Source of the DNA: Bacteroidales bacterium
Lineage (GTDB): Bacteria > Bacteroidota > Bacteroidia > Bacteroidales > WCHB1-69
DNA length: 64,000 nucleotides
NCBI GenBank assembly: GCA_024400635.1
Contig: JAKSMI010000001.1
Coordinates: 193,534 to 257,533, forward strand
Direction of reading: 5' to 3'
Part shown: one piece after another, positions 1 to 10,001 of the stretch
Layout of the letters: each line of letters starts with the position of its first letter
Numbering within the stretch: the first letter of the stretch is position 1
Made by a program: the position numbers and the translations under genes
Notes under the pieces: generated by a model
The model's database searches: none
Seen by the model: the letters and a program-made list of their open reading frames with translations, nothing else
Told to the model about the DNA's origin: nothing

Positions 1-207
1 GAAATGATGTACGGTCACAAATGGCAGCTTTTCGTCCTCTATTTGAGCTTCATCGGCTGGTTCATCTTAGGTTTTATTTCTTTCGGTATCGGTTTCTTGT
101 GGATTACTCCATACCTTCAGACTACAGTATCAGTATTCTACGAAGAAGTCAAAGCCGATTATGAAGCATATAACGGCGTAACTGCTGAGAACGTTGAAAC
201 TTTTTAA
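1..207 (+). CDS. C-terminal end of a DUF975-like integral membrane protein; the 5' end lies outside the window
   Basis: The reading frame is open from base 1. The hydrophobic tail WQLFVLYLSFIGWFILGFISFGIGFLWITPY resembles the conserved C-terminal TM hairpin of DUF975 proteins. Confidence 0.45.
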   Translation, partial: EMMYGHKWQLFVLYLSFIGWFILGFISFGIGFLWITPYLQTTVSVFYEEVKADYEAYNGVTAENVETF

Positions 208-286
208 TTTTAGGACTTACGACTTGAGACTTTCAACTGAAGACATTCTTTTCACCGCTCACTAATCTGGTTCTCAGTTTTATAAG

Positions 287-1993
287 ATGGACATTCTTTC
301 GATTGAAGATTTATCGCTGGAATTAAAGAACGACGGGGTTTGGAAGCCAATTCTGAACCACGTCTCATTTTCGCTGGAACGCGGCGAGTCGGTGGGTATT
401 GTCGGCGAGTCGGGTTCGGGCAAGTCTGTTACAGCCTTATCGATAATGCAGCTGTTCAAGCGTCAGAATGCCCGCTACCCTTCTGGAAGAATCATCTTCC
501 AAGATGGAGAGCGAAAACGCAATCTACTGGAGACTTCAGAAGAGGAAATGCAACATCTCCGTGGTGCGAAAATCGCGATGATCTTTCAGGAACCGATGAC
601 TTCGCTCAACCCCGTAATCCGCTGCGGCGACCAGATTACAGAAGCCATCCTGCTCCACAAAAAGATGTCGAAAGCCGACGCAAAGAAACGCGTCATTGAG
701 CTTTTTGAGGAAGTGATGCTGCCTCGTCCGGAAAAGATTTTCGACTCATATCCACATGAATTGTCCGGCGGCCAAAAGCAGCGCGTGATGATTGCCATGG
801 CAATGAGTTGCAATCCCGACATTCTCATCGCCGATGAACCGACCACAGCCCTTGACGTTACCGTCCAGAAAAACATACTCGAACTCATTCGCGATCTGCA
901 ACACAAGCACGGAATGAGTGTTATTTTTATCACCCACGACCTCGGCGTGGTAGCTGAAATTGCCAGCAAAGCCGTAGTGCTTTACAAAGGCAACATCGTT
1001 GAGGCAACTTCTATCGAACAAATCTTCAGGAATCCACAGCACCCATATACACAAGGACTTATCGCCTGTCGTCCGCCACTGGACATCAGACTTAAAAAAT
1101 TGTCAACGGTGGAGGATTACATCCAAAACGGGGAAGCGCCCCACAACGAAATCATCAGTGCTGAAGAGCGCCATCAATTTCACGAAAAACTATACGCTCA
1201 AGAACCATTCATCAGCATAAAAAACCTATACAAGACCTACCCTATCCGCAAAAGGAAACTCTTTGAAAAACAAGAATATGTACATGCTCTGCAAGATATC
1301 AGCTTAGACATTTACGAAGGTGAAACACTCGGATTGGTCGGTGAGTCGGGTTGTGGCAAAACCACTCTCGGACGCACCATGATACGACTGATAGATGCCA
1401 CTTCGGGAAGCGTTTTCTACAAAGGACAAAACCTCATCACCCTCTCGCAACGAGAAATGATGAAGCGCCGTAAAGATTTGCAAATCATCTTGCAAGACCC
1501 TTATTCATCATTGAATCAAAGAGTCACAATCGGAGCCGCCATTATGGAGCCCATGCAGGTGCATGGCTTGTACAACAACGACCGCGAGCGGAAAAAGAAA
1601 GCCATCGAGTTACTCGAACGCGTCAGTCTCAATGAAACCCACTTCTACAGATATCCCCACGAATTCTCCGGTGGACAGCGACAGCGTATCAGCATCGCCC
1701 GCGCTTTAGCCGTCAACCCTCGCTTCATCATCTGCGACGAATCCGTTTCCGCTTTGGATGTTTCCGTTCAAGCCCAAGTCCTCAATCTTCTCAACGAACT
1801 CAAAAACGAATATCAACTGACCTACATCTTTATTTCCCACGATCTTTCAGTCGTCAAATTCATGTCCGACCGAATGGCCGTTATGCAAAACGGACGAATT
1901 GTCGAACTTGATGATGCAGACAAAATCTATTTCAACCCACAAACTGAATACACGAAAAAACTTATCGCCGCCATTCCCAAAGGCATTAAATAA
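287..1993 (+). CDS. Fused double ABC-transporter ATP-binding protein, Opp/Dpp (DppD-DppF / YejF-like) type
   Basis: Two ATPase modules are present. Walker A motifs are GESGSGKS and GESGCGKT. Signatures are LSGGQKQR and FSGGQRQR. Walker B motifs are ILIADEPT and FIICDESV. Oligopeptide-type C-terminal tails are NPQHPYTQGLI and NPQTEYTKKLI. Confidence 0.9.
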   Translation: MDILSIEDLSLELKNDGVWKPILNHVSFSLERGESVGIVGESGSGKSVTALSIMQLFKRQNARYPSGRIIFQDGERKRNLLETSEEEMQHLRGAKIAMIFQEPMTSLNPVIRCGDQITEAILLHKKMSKADAKKRVIELFEEVMLPRPEKIFDSYPHELSGGQKQRVMIAMAMSCNPDILIADEPTTALDVTVQKNILELIRDLQHKHGMSVIFITHDLGVVAEIASKAVVLYKGNIVEATSIEQIFRNPQHPYTQGLIACRPPLDIRLKKLSTVEDYIQNGEAPHNEIISAEERHQFHEKLYAQEPFISIKNLYKTYPIRKRKLFEKQEYVHALQDISLDIYEGETLGLVGESGCGKTTLGRTMIRLIDATSGSVFYKGQNLITLSQREMMKRRKDLQIILQDPYSSLNQRVTIGAAIMEPMQVHGLYNNDRERKKKAIELLERVSLNETHFYRYPHEFSGGQRQRISIARALAVNPRFIICDESVSALDVSVQAQVLNLLNELKNEYQLTYIFISHDLSVVKFMSDRMAVMQNGRIVELDDADKIYFNPQTEYTKKLIAAIPKGIK

Positions 1994-2008
1994 CCATCCA
2001 TAAAAAAC

Positions 2009-2920
2009 ATGAAAGCCAAAAACATCATTCTGCTGATTCTCAGACTTTTATTAGGAGCGTTTTTCATCACCACCGCCATCTTGAAACTCCTTTCCATCGA
2101 TGAATTTGAAATTTACATATACAGTTTCAACCTCTTCGGATTTGTCTTTTCAACGGTTATTGCCCGTTTGGTCATCATGGCTGAAATGCTTTTTGGTATC
2201 TGCCTGATGGCCAAGCTATTATACAAATATGCCTGGTGGCTCACACAAGCCATGCTGGTTGGCTTTACGCTTTTGCTAATATACATTGCCATTTTCAGGA
2301 ATGACACCAATTGTCATTGCATGGGCGATTTGGTTGAACTGAATCCCGCACTTTCCATCATCAAGAATATTGTCACAATGGCCTTGTTATTACTGGTCAG
2401 AAAAGAAGACGACTACCAATTCAAAGGAAAAAAATGGGCTATTGTCGGTGCGTTTCTCGTATCATTTGCCACACCATTCTGTGTAGTGCCCATGGATTCG
2501 GTCTACAACAAGTTCGTCTCTCCCGATGAAAATGTCAATCTCAAAAAGCTGACTGAAATTCAGACTGACAGCATATCTACATTCCGATTTTCCGAAGGAA
2601 ATTATATTGTGGGCGTTTATGCTTCCGGGTGCAAATACTGCAAGATGAGTGCCAAGAAAGTGCATCAGATTATGGAGCACAATGCCATCGACAACAGCAA
2701 GTTCCAAATCCTCATTTGGGGAGACACAACGCATATTCAGCAATTCATGGATGAGACTGAATGCAATGCCTACCAATGGCACAGCATAGATCCATTCTCC
2801 GCCATCAATTTGGTAGAAGGTCACTTCCCCACCTTCATCATGATGACAGATGAAAAAATCATCAAGAGTTTTGACATGCGCGGCATCAACGAATCCGAAT
2901 TCGTTGAATTTCTAAAGTAA
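2009..2920 (+). CDS. MauE/DoxX-like membrane domain fused to a thioredoxin-like CxxC domain
   Basis: The N-terminal half is about four hydrophobic helices with a CHC motif (NDTNCHCMGD). The C-terminal soluble half carries ASGCKYCK, a CxxC in a thioredoxin-like context. Confidence 0.55.
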   Translation: MKAKNIILLILRLLLGAFFITTAILKLLSIDEFEIYIYSFNLFGFVFSTVIARLVIMAEMLFGICLMAKLLYKYAWWLTQAMLVGFTLLLIYIAIFRNDTNCHCMGDLVELNPALSIIKNIVTMALLLLVRKEDDYQFKGKKWAIVGAFLVSFATPFCVVPMDSVYNKFVSPDENVNLKKLTEIQTDSISTFRFSEGNYIVGVYASGCKYCKMSAKKVHQIMEHNAIDNSKFQILIWGDTTHIQQFMDETECNAYQWHSIDPFSAINLVEGHFPTFIMMTDEKIIKSFDMRGINESEFVEFLK

Positions 2921-2921
2921 G

Positions 2922-3788
2922 TTAGCGTTTTTTTCTTGCCTTCAGCGTATTCATCATCAGGCAGGTCATCGTCATTGGGCCCACGCCACCGGGAACGGGT
3001 GTGATGGCAGCGCACTTTCCAGCCACATCATTGTAATTGACATCGCCGCAAATACGGTAGCCCTTTTCACTTTCAGGATCTTCAACACGATGAATGCCTA
3101 TGTCGATGACAACAGCATCCTTTTTGATATAATCAGCAGTAATCATTTCGGGCTGGCCAATAGCGACAAACAAAATATCTGCCTTAGAACAAATACGTTT
3201 CAGATTTTTGGTTTTGCTATGGCAAATGGTAACAGTGGCATTGGCATCTTTCTGTGCCAGCATCATCGCCAATGGCTTGCCGACGATATTGCTACGGCCT
3301 AAAACCACACAATTCTTGCCTTCGGTTTCAATTCCCGCACGGCGAATTAATTCCATGGTACCATGCGGTGTGGCAGGCATAAAGCAATCCTTTCCCAAAA
3401 GCAGATTACCCATATTGGCTGGGTGGAAACAATCCATATCCTTTTTTGGATCCACGTGCGCCACCACCTTGTCATTAGAAATATGCTTTGGCAGAGGCAA
3501 TTGAATGATATAACCATCAATATCGATATCATTATTCAGGAAATCAATAGCATCCAGAAAATCCTTTTCTTTAATGTCTGCGGGGAAATGATAAATTGAA
3601 GACGTAAAGCCCACCATCTGGCAATTTTTCTTGATACTATCGACGTAGGTCTGGGCAGCCCCATCGTCGCCGACGATTACCGCAGCCAAATGAGGAGCGG
3701 CTTCACCGCGGTCGAGCATGGCCTTGACTTCTTCAGAAATCTCATTTTTAATGTCGTTTGCAATTTTTTTACCGTCAATAATTTCCAT
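2922..3788 (-). CDS. folD: Bifunctional 5,10-methylene-tetrahydrofolate dehydrogenase / cyclohydrolase
   Basis: Full-length FolD-like sequence with VLGRSNIVGKPLAMML and the C-terminal PVPGGVGPMT motif. Confidence 0.95.
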   Translation of the reverse strand: MEIIDGKKIANDIKNEISEEVKAMLDRGEAAPHLAAVIVGDDGAAQTYVDSIKKNCQMVGFTSSIYHFPADIKEKDFLDAIDFLNNDIDIDGYIIQLPLPKHISNDKVVAHVDPKKDMDCFHPANMGNLLLGKDCFMPATPHGTMELIRRAGIETEGKNCVVLGRSNIVGKPLAMMLAQKDANATVTICHSKTKNLKRICSKADILFVAIGQPEMITADYIKKDAVVIDIGIHRVEDPESEKGYRICGDVNYNDVAGKCAAITPVPGGVGPMTMTCLMMNTLKARKKR

Positions 3789-3862
3789 GATATTTATTGT
3801 ATTGTTTATTCTAATTGAATTGTTTCATTAATATGAAGCATGCAAAATTACGAAAAATCATG

Positions 3863-4648
3863 CTAAAAAATATTCCACCTCCTGATGAGTCGAAGCAAGC
3901 CAGTAGGGAGCAAAGCCACCAAGAAAATCAGTACGTGGTTAAGGAAACCCGGTGTACGCTGGCATCTGCCACGGAACATCGCCTTCAGACCTTTCTCTGC
4001 CAGTTTTTCGGGCGTAGTGATATACCCCACAATCTTCCCGATTTTTGTCGCGGTCTTGCTAATACTGTACAAACCCGTATCCACAGCCCCAGGACGCACA
4101 GCTGTTACATAAACGCCCTTGTGATACAATTCTATGTGTACACAACGATTGAAATTCTTCAAGAAAGCCTTGGTTGCGCTGTATGTGGCCAAACGTTGCA
4201 CCGCAATTTCCGAAGTAATGGAACTCATATTCAATATATAACCCTTATGTCTTTCCACCATGTCCTTGCTGAAATAGTACAGCAGCATCGCCGGAGTATT
4301 GACGTGCAGGTTGAGTATCAGATTATTGAATCCTTCGCTTTCGGCAATGAAATCGCGGTCGTGATAAACGCCGGCATTATTGACAAGCACCTCCACCTCG
4401 ATATTCCGCATCTTGCAATAATCGTAAAGTTCCTTGGCTGCCGTCGGCTGTCCCAAATCTCTCATCAATGGAATAACATCCACGGGATACTGGCTTTTGA
4501 TGAGGTCGCCCTTTTCAACGATAGCATCGGCTTCATTGCTAACTATCAATAAGTTATATCCTTTTTGAGCCAATTGAAGTGCATACTGATAACCGATTCC
4601 CGAACTTGCTCCCGTTACCAGGGCGTATGGATGTGATGGATTTGACAT
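3863..4648 (-). CDS. Short-chain dehydrogenase/reductase (SDR) family oxidoreductase
   Basis: TGASSGIG cofactor motif, NNAG, and the catalytic YSATK. Confidence 0.9.
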   Translation of the reverse strand: MSNPSHPYALVTGASSGIGYQYALQLAQKGYNLLIVSNEADAIVEKGDLIKSQYPVDVIPLMRDLGQPTAAKELYDYCKMRNIEVEVLVNNAGVYHDRDFIAESEGFNNLILNLHVNTPAMLLYYFSKDMVERHKGYILNMSSITSEIAVQRLATYSATKAFLKNFNRCVHIELYHKGVYVTAVRPGAVDTGLYSISKTATKIGKIVGYITTPEKLAEKGLKAMFRGRCQRTPGFLNHVLIFLVALLPTGLLRLIRRWNIF

Positions 4649-4666
4649 GGGTTAACTTTTTTTCTG

Positions 4667-4674
4667 CAAAAATA
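4667..4674 (-). promoter_or_regulatory. Bacteroidota-type -7 box (TATTTTTG on the minus strand) upstream of the SDR gene
   Basis: The plus strand reads CAAAAATA, 18 nt upstream of the start codon at 4648. Confidence 0.4.
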
Positions 4675-4807
4675 CTAGTTTTTTGATTATCGTTGTTATA
4701 ATATCATTCATTGCCCTATGGCGACAGCGCTCAAATTATCAAGAATTAGATGGCACAGCTTTGCGGTCACATTTCCAACTCCCACTTTTCAAAAATTACC
4801 GATAAAA

Positions 4808-4835
4808 AAAGGCCTTATTTTTCAATAAAGCCTTT
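4808..4835 (-). terminator. Hairpin terminator downstream of kbl
   Basis: AAAGGCCTTATT / AATAAAGCCTTT forms a 12-bp stem with one mismatch. It lies 27 nt after the kbl stop and is followed by a T-rich run on the minus strand. Confidence 0.5.
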
Positions 4836-4861
4836 GGTGGATTATACGGTAAAGTATATTT

Positions 4862-6052
4862 CTATTTCAACACGCCAAGTTCTTTACCCACTTTGGTGAA
4901 AGCGGCGATACACTTGTCGAGATGTTCGGTCTCATGAGCAGCCGAAATCTGAACACGGATACGAGCTTGATCTTTCGGAACAACAGGATAGTAGAAACCA
5001 GTAACATAAATTCCTTCTTCTTGCAATTTGGCAGCCATAACCTGTGACAATTTAGCATCATAAAGCATTACTGCACAAATAGCTGACTGTGTAGGTTTGA
5101 TATCGAAACCAGCGGCCTGCATTTTTGCGACGAAGTACTTGGTATTATTATGAAGTTTGTCTTGCAGTTCGTTGGTAGCAGACATCATTTCCACCATCTT
5201 TACGCCTGCCGCAGCTACCATTGGAGGAATTGAGTTTGAGAACAGATATGGGCGTGAACGTTGACGCAGCATATCGATAATTTCTTTCTTACCAGTGGTA
5301 AAACCGCCGATTGCGCCACCGAAAGCCTTGCCGAGCGTACCGGTCAGGATTTCGATTTTGCCGCGCAAGTTGTATTGTTCAGTTACACCGCGACCAGTTT
5401 CGCCAACAACACCTGCGGAGTGAGACTCGTCAACCATAACCATTGCGTCATATTTGCTTGCCAGCTCGTAAATCTTATCGAGAGGAGCAACATTACCGTC
5501 CATGGAGAATACGCCGTCGGTAACGATGAGGCGGAAGCGTTGTGCTTGAGCTGCTTGCAATTGTTTTTCGAGATCAGCCATGTCGGCATTAGCATAACGA
5601 TAACGGACAGCCTTGCAAAGACGAACGCCATCAATGATGGAAGCATGGTTCAAAGCGTCGGAAATAATGGCGTCTTGGTCGGTCAGAAGGGGTTCGAAAA
5701 CACCGCCATTGGCATCAAAGCAGGCAGCATAAAGGATGGTATCTTCGGTTCCGAAGAATTCTGCGATCTTAGCTTCCAACTGTTTGTGAAGATCTGAGCA
5801 ACCGCAGATGAAGCGTACGGATGCCATACCATAACCATGGGTATCGAGAGCTTCCTTGGCTGCGGCAATCAACTGAGGATTGTTAGCGAGTCCGAGGTAG
5901 TTGTTAGCGCAGAAGTTCAGCACTTTTTTCCCGTTTTTCAAAGTAATTTCACCACTTTGGGGGGAGACAATGATACGTTCGTTTTTATACAAGCCAGCAG
6001 CTTCGATGTCGGCCAATTCTTTTTGCAGATGAGCTTGGAAATTGTTATACAT
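4862..6052 (-). CDS. kbl: Glycine C-acetyltransferase (2-amino-3-ketobutyrate CoA ligase)
   Basis: Full-length alpha-oxoamine synthase-like sequence. PLP-lysine context GTLGKAFGG and HSAGVVGETGRG. It sits directly downstream of tdh. Confidence 0.9.
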   Translation of the reverse strand: MYNNFQAHLQKELADIEAAGLYKNERIIVSPQSGEITLKNGKKVLNFCANNYLGLANNPQLIAAAKEALDTHGYGMASVRFICGCSDLHKQLEAKIAEFFGTEDTILYAACFDANGGVFEPLLTDQDAIISDALNHASIIDGVRLCKAVRYRYANADMADLEKQLQAAQAQRFRLIVTDGVFSMDGNVAPLDKIYELASKYDAMVMVDESHSAGVVGETGRGVTEQYNLRGKIEILTGTLGKAFGGAIGGFTTGKKEIIDMLRQRSRPYLFSNSIPPMVAAAGVKMVEMMSATNELQDKLHNNTKYFVAKMQAAGFDIKPTQSAICAVMLYDAKLSQVMAAKLQEEGIYVTGFYYPVVPKDQARIRVQISAAHETEHLDKCIAAFTKVGKELGVLK

Positions 6053-6075
6053 TTTTTATAAATTTTAATTGATAT

Positions 6076-7029
6076 TTATTTTGCCAATTTAACTTTCAAC
6101 ACCTTGAGCATATCTTCGGTCATGGCAGCGAGGTCATAAGCGGGTTTGAAGCCCCATTCTTCGCGAGCGCAGTGGTCGTCCATGCTGTTTGGCCATGAAT
6201 CAGCAATACCCTGACGCAATTCGTCGAATTTGTATTCCATTTCGAAGTTGGGCAGGTGTTTTTTTATTTCGTTATAAATCATTTCAGGTTCAAAGCTCAT
6301 TGCCGTAATGTTGAAAGAGTTACGGTGAATCAATTTCGCAGGATCCGCTTCCATCAAATCCATAGCAGCCTTAAGTGCGTCGGGCATGTACATCATATCC
6401 ATGAATGTGCCTTTGGCGATGGGGCAAGTGAATTTTTCGCCTTTGACAGCAGCATAATAGATTTCAACTGCATAATCAGTGGTACCGCCACCAGGTAGGG
6501 TGACATTGGAAATCAAACCAGGGAAACGAACCGAACGGGTATCGACGCCGAAACGTTTGAAATAATAGTCGCTCAGCAATTCTCCCGTAACTTTTGTGAC
6601 ACCGTAAATGGTACGCGGGCGTTGGATGGTATCCTGGGGTGTCATATCGTGTGGGGTATCAGGACCAAAGGCGCCGATAGAACTGGGCGTAAAAACGGCA
6701 CACTTGCATTCGCGAGCAACTTCTAAGCAGTTGATCAATGCTCCGATGCCCACATTCCAACCCAACATAGGATTAGCTTCGGCCTTGGCTGACAAAATTG
6801 CCGCCAAGTTGAAAATTGAATCGATATTGTATTTTTTTACGGCATCTGCAATGTCTTGAGCATTGGTGGCGTTTATCTGGCAGGAAGGACCGCTGTTGGC
6901 CAATTCACCTTTCAAGGGATAAACCAAATCGGCAGCAATAACGTTATCTGTGCCATAAACTTTTCGTAAAGCCGGGGTAAGCTCCGAACCTATTTGTCCG
7001 CAAGCTCCAATCACTAAGATTCTTTTCAT
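6076..7029 (-). CDS. tdh: L-threonine 3-dehydrogenase, NAD-dependent epimerase/extended-SDR type
   Basis: GACGQIGSEL Rossmann motif and YGVTK catalytic pair. It is paired with kbl across a 23-nt gap. Confidence 0.8.
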   Translation of the reverse strand: MKRILVIGACGQIGSELTPALRKVYGTDNVIAADLVYPLKGELANSGPSCQINATNAQDIADAVKKYNIDSIFNLAAILSAKAEANPMLGWNVGIGALINCLEVARECKCAVFTPSSIGAFGPDTPHDMTPQDTIQRPRTIYGVTKVTGELLSDYYFKRFGVDTRSVRFPGLISNVTLPGGGTTDYAVEIYYAAVKGEKFTCPIAKGTFMDMMYMPDALKAAMDLMEADPAKLIHRNSFNITAMSFEPEMIYNEIKKHLPNFEMEYKFDELRQGIADSWPNSMDDHCAREEWGFKPAYDLAAMTEDMLKVLKVKLAK

Positions 7030-7057
7030 TTATTTAGAGTTTTTAAAATTCAGATTG

Positions 7058-7065
7058 CAAATGTA
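7058..7065 (-). promoter_or_regulatory. -7 box (TACATTTG on the minus strand) upstream of tdh-kbl
   Basis: The plus strand reads CAAATGTA, 29 nt upstream of the tdh start. Confidence 0.4.
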
Positions 7066-7180
7066 CGTTTTTTTTTCATACCTCAATTAATTTTTCTACT
7101 AAAAAATAATGTAGGTATTCTCCTTGATTTTGTTCTTCTATCTTTTCGTATTTTTGGGCGGCCCGGCTTCGCCGTCGCGC

Positions 7181-8125
7181 TTATTCTTCAGGCAATGCCT
7201 TGAATCCCAAGCCCATAATTTCAGAGCTTTCAATAACATTGACAAATGCGTTGGGGTCTAAATAGCGCAAGTTGGATTTCAGTTTCACCAAATCACCACG
7301 GTCAAGAGTGACATATATCATCTTTCTTTCCACGCCCTGGTAAAGTCCCATGCCTGCGAAAACCGTACCGCCACGTTTCAAATCATTGATGATGTAATCA
7401 CGGACCTCATCCGTTTTTTCGGTAACAATAAAGGCAGTCTTGTATGACTTAACACCATCAACGACAAGGTCAATAACCTTGCTTTCAACATAAATCAAAA
7501 GGATGGAATAGATAGGAAGACGAATCTGTTTGAAAGCGATAAACGAGGTCAAAGTGATGCAGGAGTCAACGATGAGAACCAGTGTGCCGAGAGAAATCTT
7601 GGTATATTTGTGTATTATCATGGAGATGATGTCGCTGCCGCCAGAAGTAGAACCCGAACGGAAAACAAGACCGATAGCCAAACCGTAAATCACACCAGCC
7701 ACCAATGTATTCAGGAAATAGTCGGGACTGAAAAACATTTCACTATGGGGAATCTGGACGTAATTGAGCGTGTCATTGGCCACATTGGTAATACCACCAT
7801 GAATAACAGGATCATAACCCCAGAACATTTCCAAAAACCAGGTAAAAACGAAAATCAAGATGGTGGAAACCACGGTTTTAACGCCAAATTTCGGTCCCAG
7901 TATCAAGGTGCCGATAATCAGCAGAGGCACATCCATACAAATGGCATAGTAACTGATTCTCCACGGCCATACCGTATTGAAAACGTTGGCAAGACCATAA
8001 GTTCCGCCAGGTGCCAACAAATAAGGGTTCACAAACATCACATCACCAACGGCAAACAACAAACTACCGATAACGATGAGTATATACGAACGAATCTGAT
8101 CTTTAATCTTATCGTTTTTGAGCAT
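7181..8125 (-). CDS. YitT-family membrane protein with a DUF2179-like C-terminal domain
   Basis: Multi-TM N-terminal part followed by a soluble C-terminal domain (KRGGTVFAGMGLY). It lies 3 nt downstream of gltX. Confidence 0.75.
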   Translation of the reverse strand: MLKNDKIKDQIRSYILIVIGSLLFAVGDVMFVNPYLLAPGGTYGLANVFNTVWPWRISYYAICMDVPLLIIGTLILGPKFGVKTVVSTILIFVFTWFLEMFWGYDPVIHGGITNVANDTLNYVQIPHSEMFFSPDYFLNTLVAGVIYGLAIGLVFRSGSTSGGSDIISMIIHKYTKISLGTLVLIVDSCITLTSFIAFKQIRLPIYSILLIYVESKVIDLVVDGVKSYKTAFIVTEKTDEVRDYIINDLKRGGTVFAGMGLYQGVERKMIYVTLDRGDLVKLKSNLRYLDPNAFVNVIESSEIMGLGFKALPEE

Positions 8126-8128
8126 ATT

Positions 8129-9664
8129 CTAATTATTTTGATTCTTAATATGATTTTCAATGGCAATGATGCCAGCATTAATACGTTCAATAACCTCCTC
8201 GACGCCAAGAATATCTACAATTTCAAACAAATCCGGTCCTTTAGCCGCACCTACCAAAGTCAAGCGGAAGCTGTTCATAATCTGTCCCATATTCAATTCA
8301 TTTTGATGAATATAATCCATCACTTGGTTGTGGGCGCTTTCTTTGTCAAATGGCACACAGCCCTTCAAAATTTCGGCAATAGCTTGCAGGCGTTCTGGAG
8401 TTCCTTCTTTCCATCTTTTCTTGATAGCCTGTTCGTCGTATGATGAAGGTCTTTCGAAGAAAAAAGAACTCTGTTCCCAAAGGTCATTGGTAAAATACAA
8501 TCTTTCCTTAACCAAAGCCACGACGCGAGTGATTTTTTCCATACAAGCATCAATATTTTTCTGTTTCAAAGTCGCTTGAAAATTCTTTGCCAATTCTGCA
8601 TCATCAACAGCTTGCAAATAGTGATGGTTGAACCATTTGGCTTTTTCCAAATCAAATTTTGCGCCAGCCTTGCTGATTTTTTCGAGAGAGAACAATTGTA
8701 TGAGTTCATCCAAAGACATCACCTCCTGGTCATTGCCGGGATTCCATCCCAACAAAGCCAGCATATTGATAACTGCCTCGGGGAGATAGCCACTTTCGCG
8801 GTAACCCGAAGATATTTCGCCACTCTTAGGATCTTTCCACTGTAATGGGAAAACGGGGAAACCGAGACGGTCACCATCTCGTTTGCTCAACTTGCCATTG
8901 CCGTCAGGTTTAAGCAACAGAGGCAAGTGCGCGAAACGTGGAGCTTCCCACCCAAAGGCCTTGTAAAGCATCACATGCAAAGGTGCCGAGGGCAGCCATT
9001 CTTCGCCACGAATCACGTGCGTAATCTGCATCAAATGGTCATCAACAATATTGGCCAAATGATAGGTCGGCATCCCATCAGATTTGTATAATACCTTATC
9101 ATCCAATATATTGGAGTTAATACGAACTTCCCCGCGAATCAAGTCATCAACCAAAATTTCAGTATCGGGTTGATGCATGAAACGGACCACGTAGGGTTCA
9201 CCTGCGGCAATGCGGCGTTCTACTTCGGAGGCTTCCAAAGTGAGAGAATTGGTCATTTCACCACGTGTGTGGAGGTCGTACTGGAAAGTTTTCTTTTCAG
9301 CTTCGCAATCTTTACGTTTCTGTTCCAGGGCCTCTGGCGTATCGAAAGCGTAATAAGCATAGCCGTTCGCAATTAGCTGATCGGCATACTGTTTGTACAT
9401 TGCCTTACGTTCCGACTGTCGGTATGGTCCGAATTCGCCACCAATGCCGACACCTTCGTCAAACTTGATGCCAAGCCATTGAAAAGCCTCAATGATGTAT
9501 TCTTCCGCACCTGGCACAAAGCGGGTCTGGTCTGTATCTTCGATGCGAAGCAACATCGTTCCGCCATTCTGTTTGGCAAAAAGGTAGTTGTATAATGCTG
9601 TTCTTACGCCTCCGATGTGAAGGGGTCCTGTTGGGCTTGGGGCAAAGCGTACACGTGGTTTCAT
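8129..9664 (-). CDS. gltX: Glutamate--tRNA ligase
   Basis: Class I aminoacyl-tRNA synthetase HIGH-type motif (PTGPLHIGG) and KMSKS-type motif (KLSKR). Full-length GluRS-like. Confidence 0.95.
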   Translation of the reverse strand: MKPRVRFAPSPTGPLHIGGVRTALYNYLFAKQNGGTMLLRIEDTDQTRFVPGAEEYIIEAFQWLGIKFDEGVGIGGEFGPYRQSERKAMYKQYADQLIANGYAYYAFDTPEALEQKRKDCEAEKKTFQYDLHTRGEMTNSLTLEASEVERRIAAGEPYVVRFMHQPDTEILVDDLIRGEVRINSNILDDKVLYKSDGMPTYHLANIVDDHLMQITHVIRGEEWLPSAPLHVMLYKAFGWEAPRFAHLPLLLKPDGNGKLSKRDGDRLGFPVFPLQWKDPKSGEISSGYRESGYLPEAVINMLALLGWNPGNDQEVMSLDELIQLFSLEKISKAGAKFDLEKAKWFNHHYLQAVDDAELAKNFQATLKQKNIDACMEKITRVVALVKERLYFTNDLWEQSSFFFERPSSYDEQAIKKRWKEGTPERLQAIAEILKGCVPFDKESAHNQVMDYIHQNELNMGQIMNSFRLTLVGAAKGPDLFEIVDILGVEEVIERINAGIIAIENHIKNQNN

Positions 9665-9716
9665 AGCTGATATTTTATAATTATTTTCTCTAAATTTTTG
9701 TTATCAAAAAAGAGTG

Positions 9717-9724
9717 CAAAATTA
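9717..9724 (-). promoter_or_regulatory. -7 box (TAATTTTG on the minus strand) upstream of gltX
   Basis: The plus strand reads CAAAATTA, about 50 nt upstream of the gltX start. Confidence 0.4.
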
Positions 9725-9854
9725 CAATTTTTTTCGGTATGAAAATCCGTTATTTTCGACTTTAGTTTTCGCCCCTGGATTGATCTTTATTTCTCTAATT
9801 ACATCCTATTTCTCCACTCTTTTCCATGAGTTGAAAATTCTTTCAAAAAAGACT

Positions 9855-10001
9855 TCAACCGCCATAGTCGGCAATGCCCGTGCCGCCCATCGCAAAAACG
9901 GTGTCGGGATAATATATGGTTTCCTGCCAGCCCTGCGTGGCATTGGCAATGACCACGCGGTCAAACTGAATCCACAATTTTTCAGTTCTAAGCCCTACTC
10001 C
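9855..10001 (-). pseudogene. Start-less remnant of an N-terminal domain paralogous to the one at 10610-10816
   Basis: The minus-strand frame directly after the stop at 10002-10004 reads GVGLRTEKLWIQFDRVVIANATQGWQETIYYPDTVFAMGGTGIADYGG*. It has no start codon. The segment VVIANATQGWQETIY mirrors VIITNLTKSWQETIF in the neighbouring remnant. Confidence 0.35.

Noticed and set aside
3815-4552. Long antisense ORFs inside well-supported genes (this one, plus 5261-5797, 7610-8443, 11466-12083, 13515-14057, 14786-15358, 19195-19770, 22775-23380, 38243-38860, 53526-53999)
   Set aside because: Each is fully embedded opposite a gene with strong family motifs, and none has motifs of its own. These are typical shadow frames.
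4700-4800. About 100 nt of unassigned spacer between the SDR gene and the kbl terminator, considered as a possible small RNA
   Set aside because: I could identify no promoter box, stable hairpin or conserved motif by eye.
7150-7180. Locally GC-rich stretch (GGCGGCCCGGCTTCGCCGTCGCGC) just downstream of the YitT-family gene, considered as a terminator or small RNA
   Set aside because: Only a 4-bp CGGC/GCCG stem can be drawn and no T-run follows. The evidence is insufficient for a feature.
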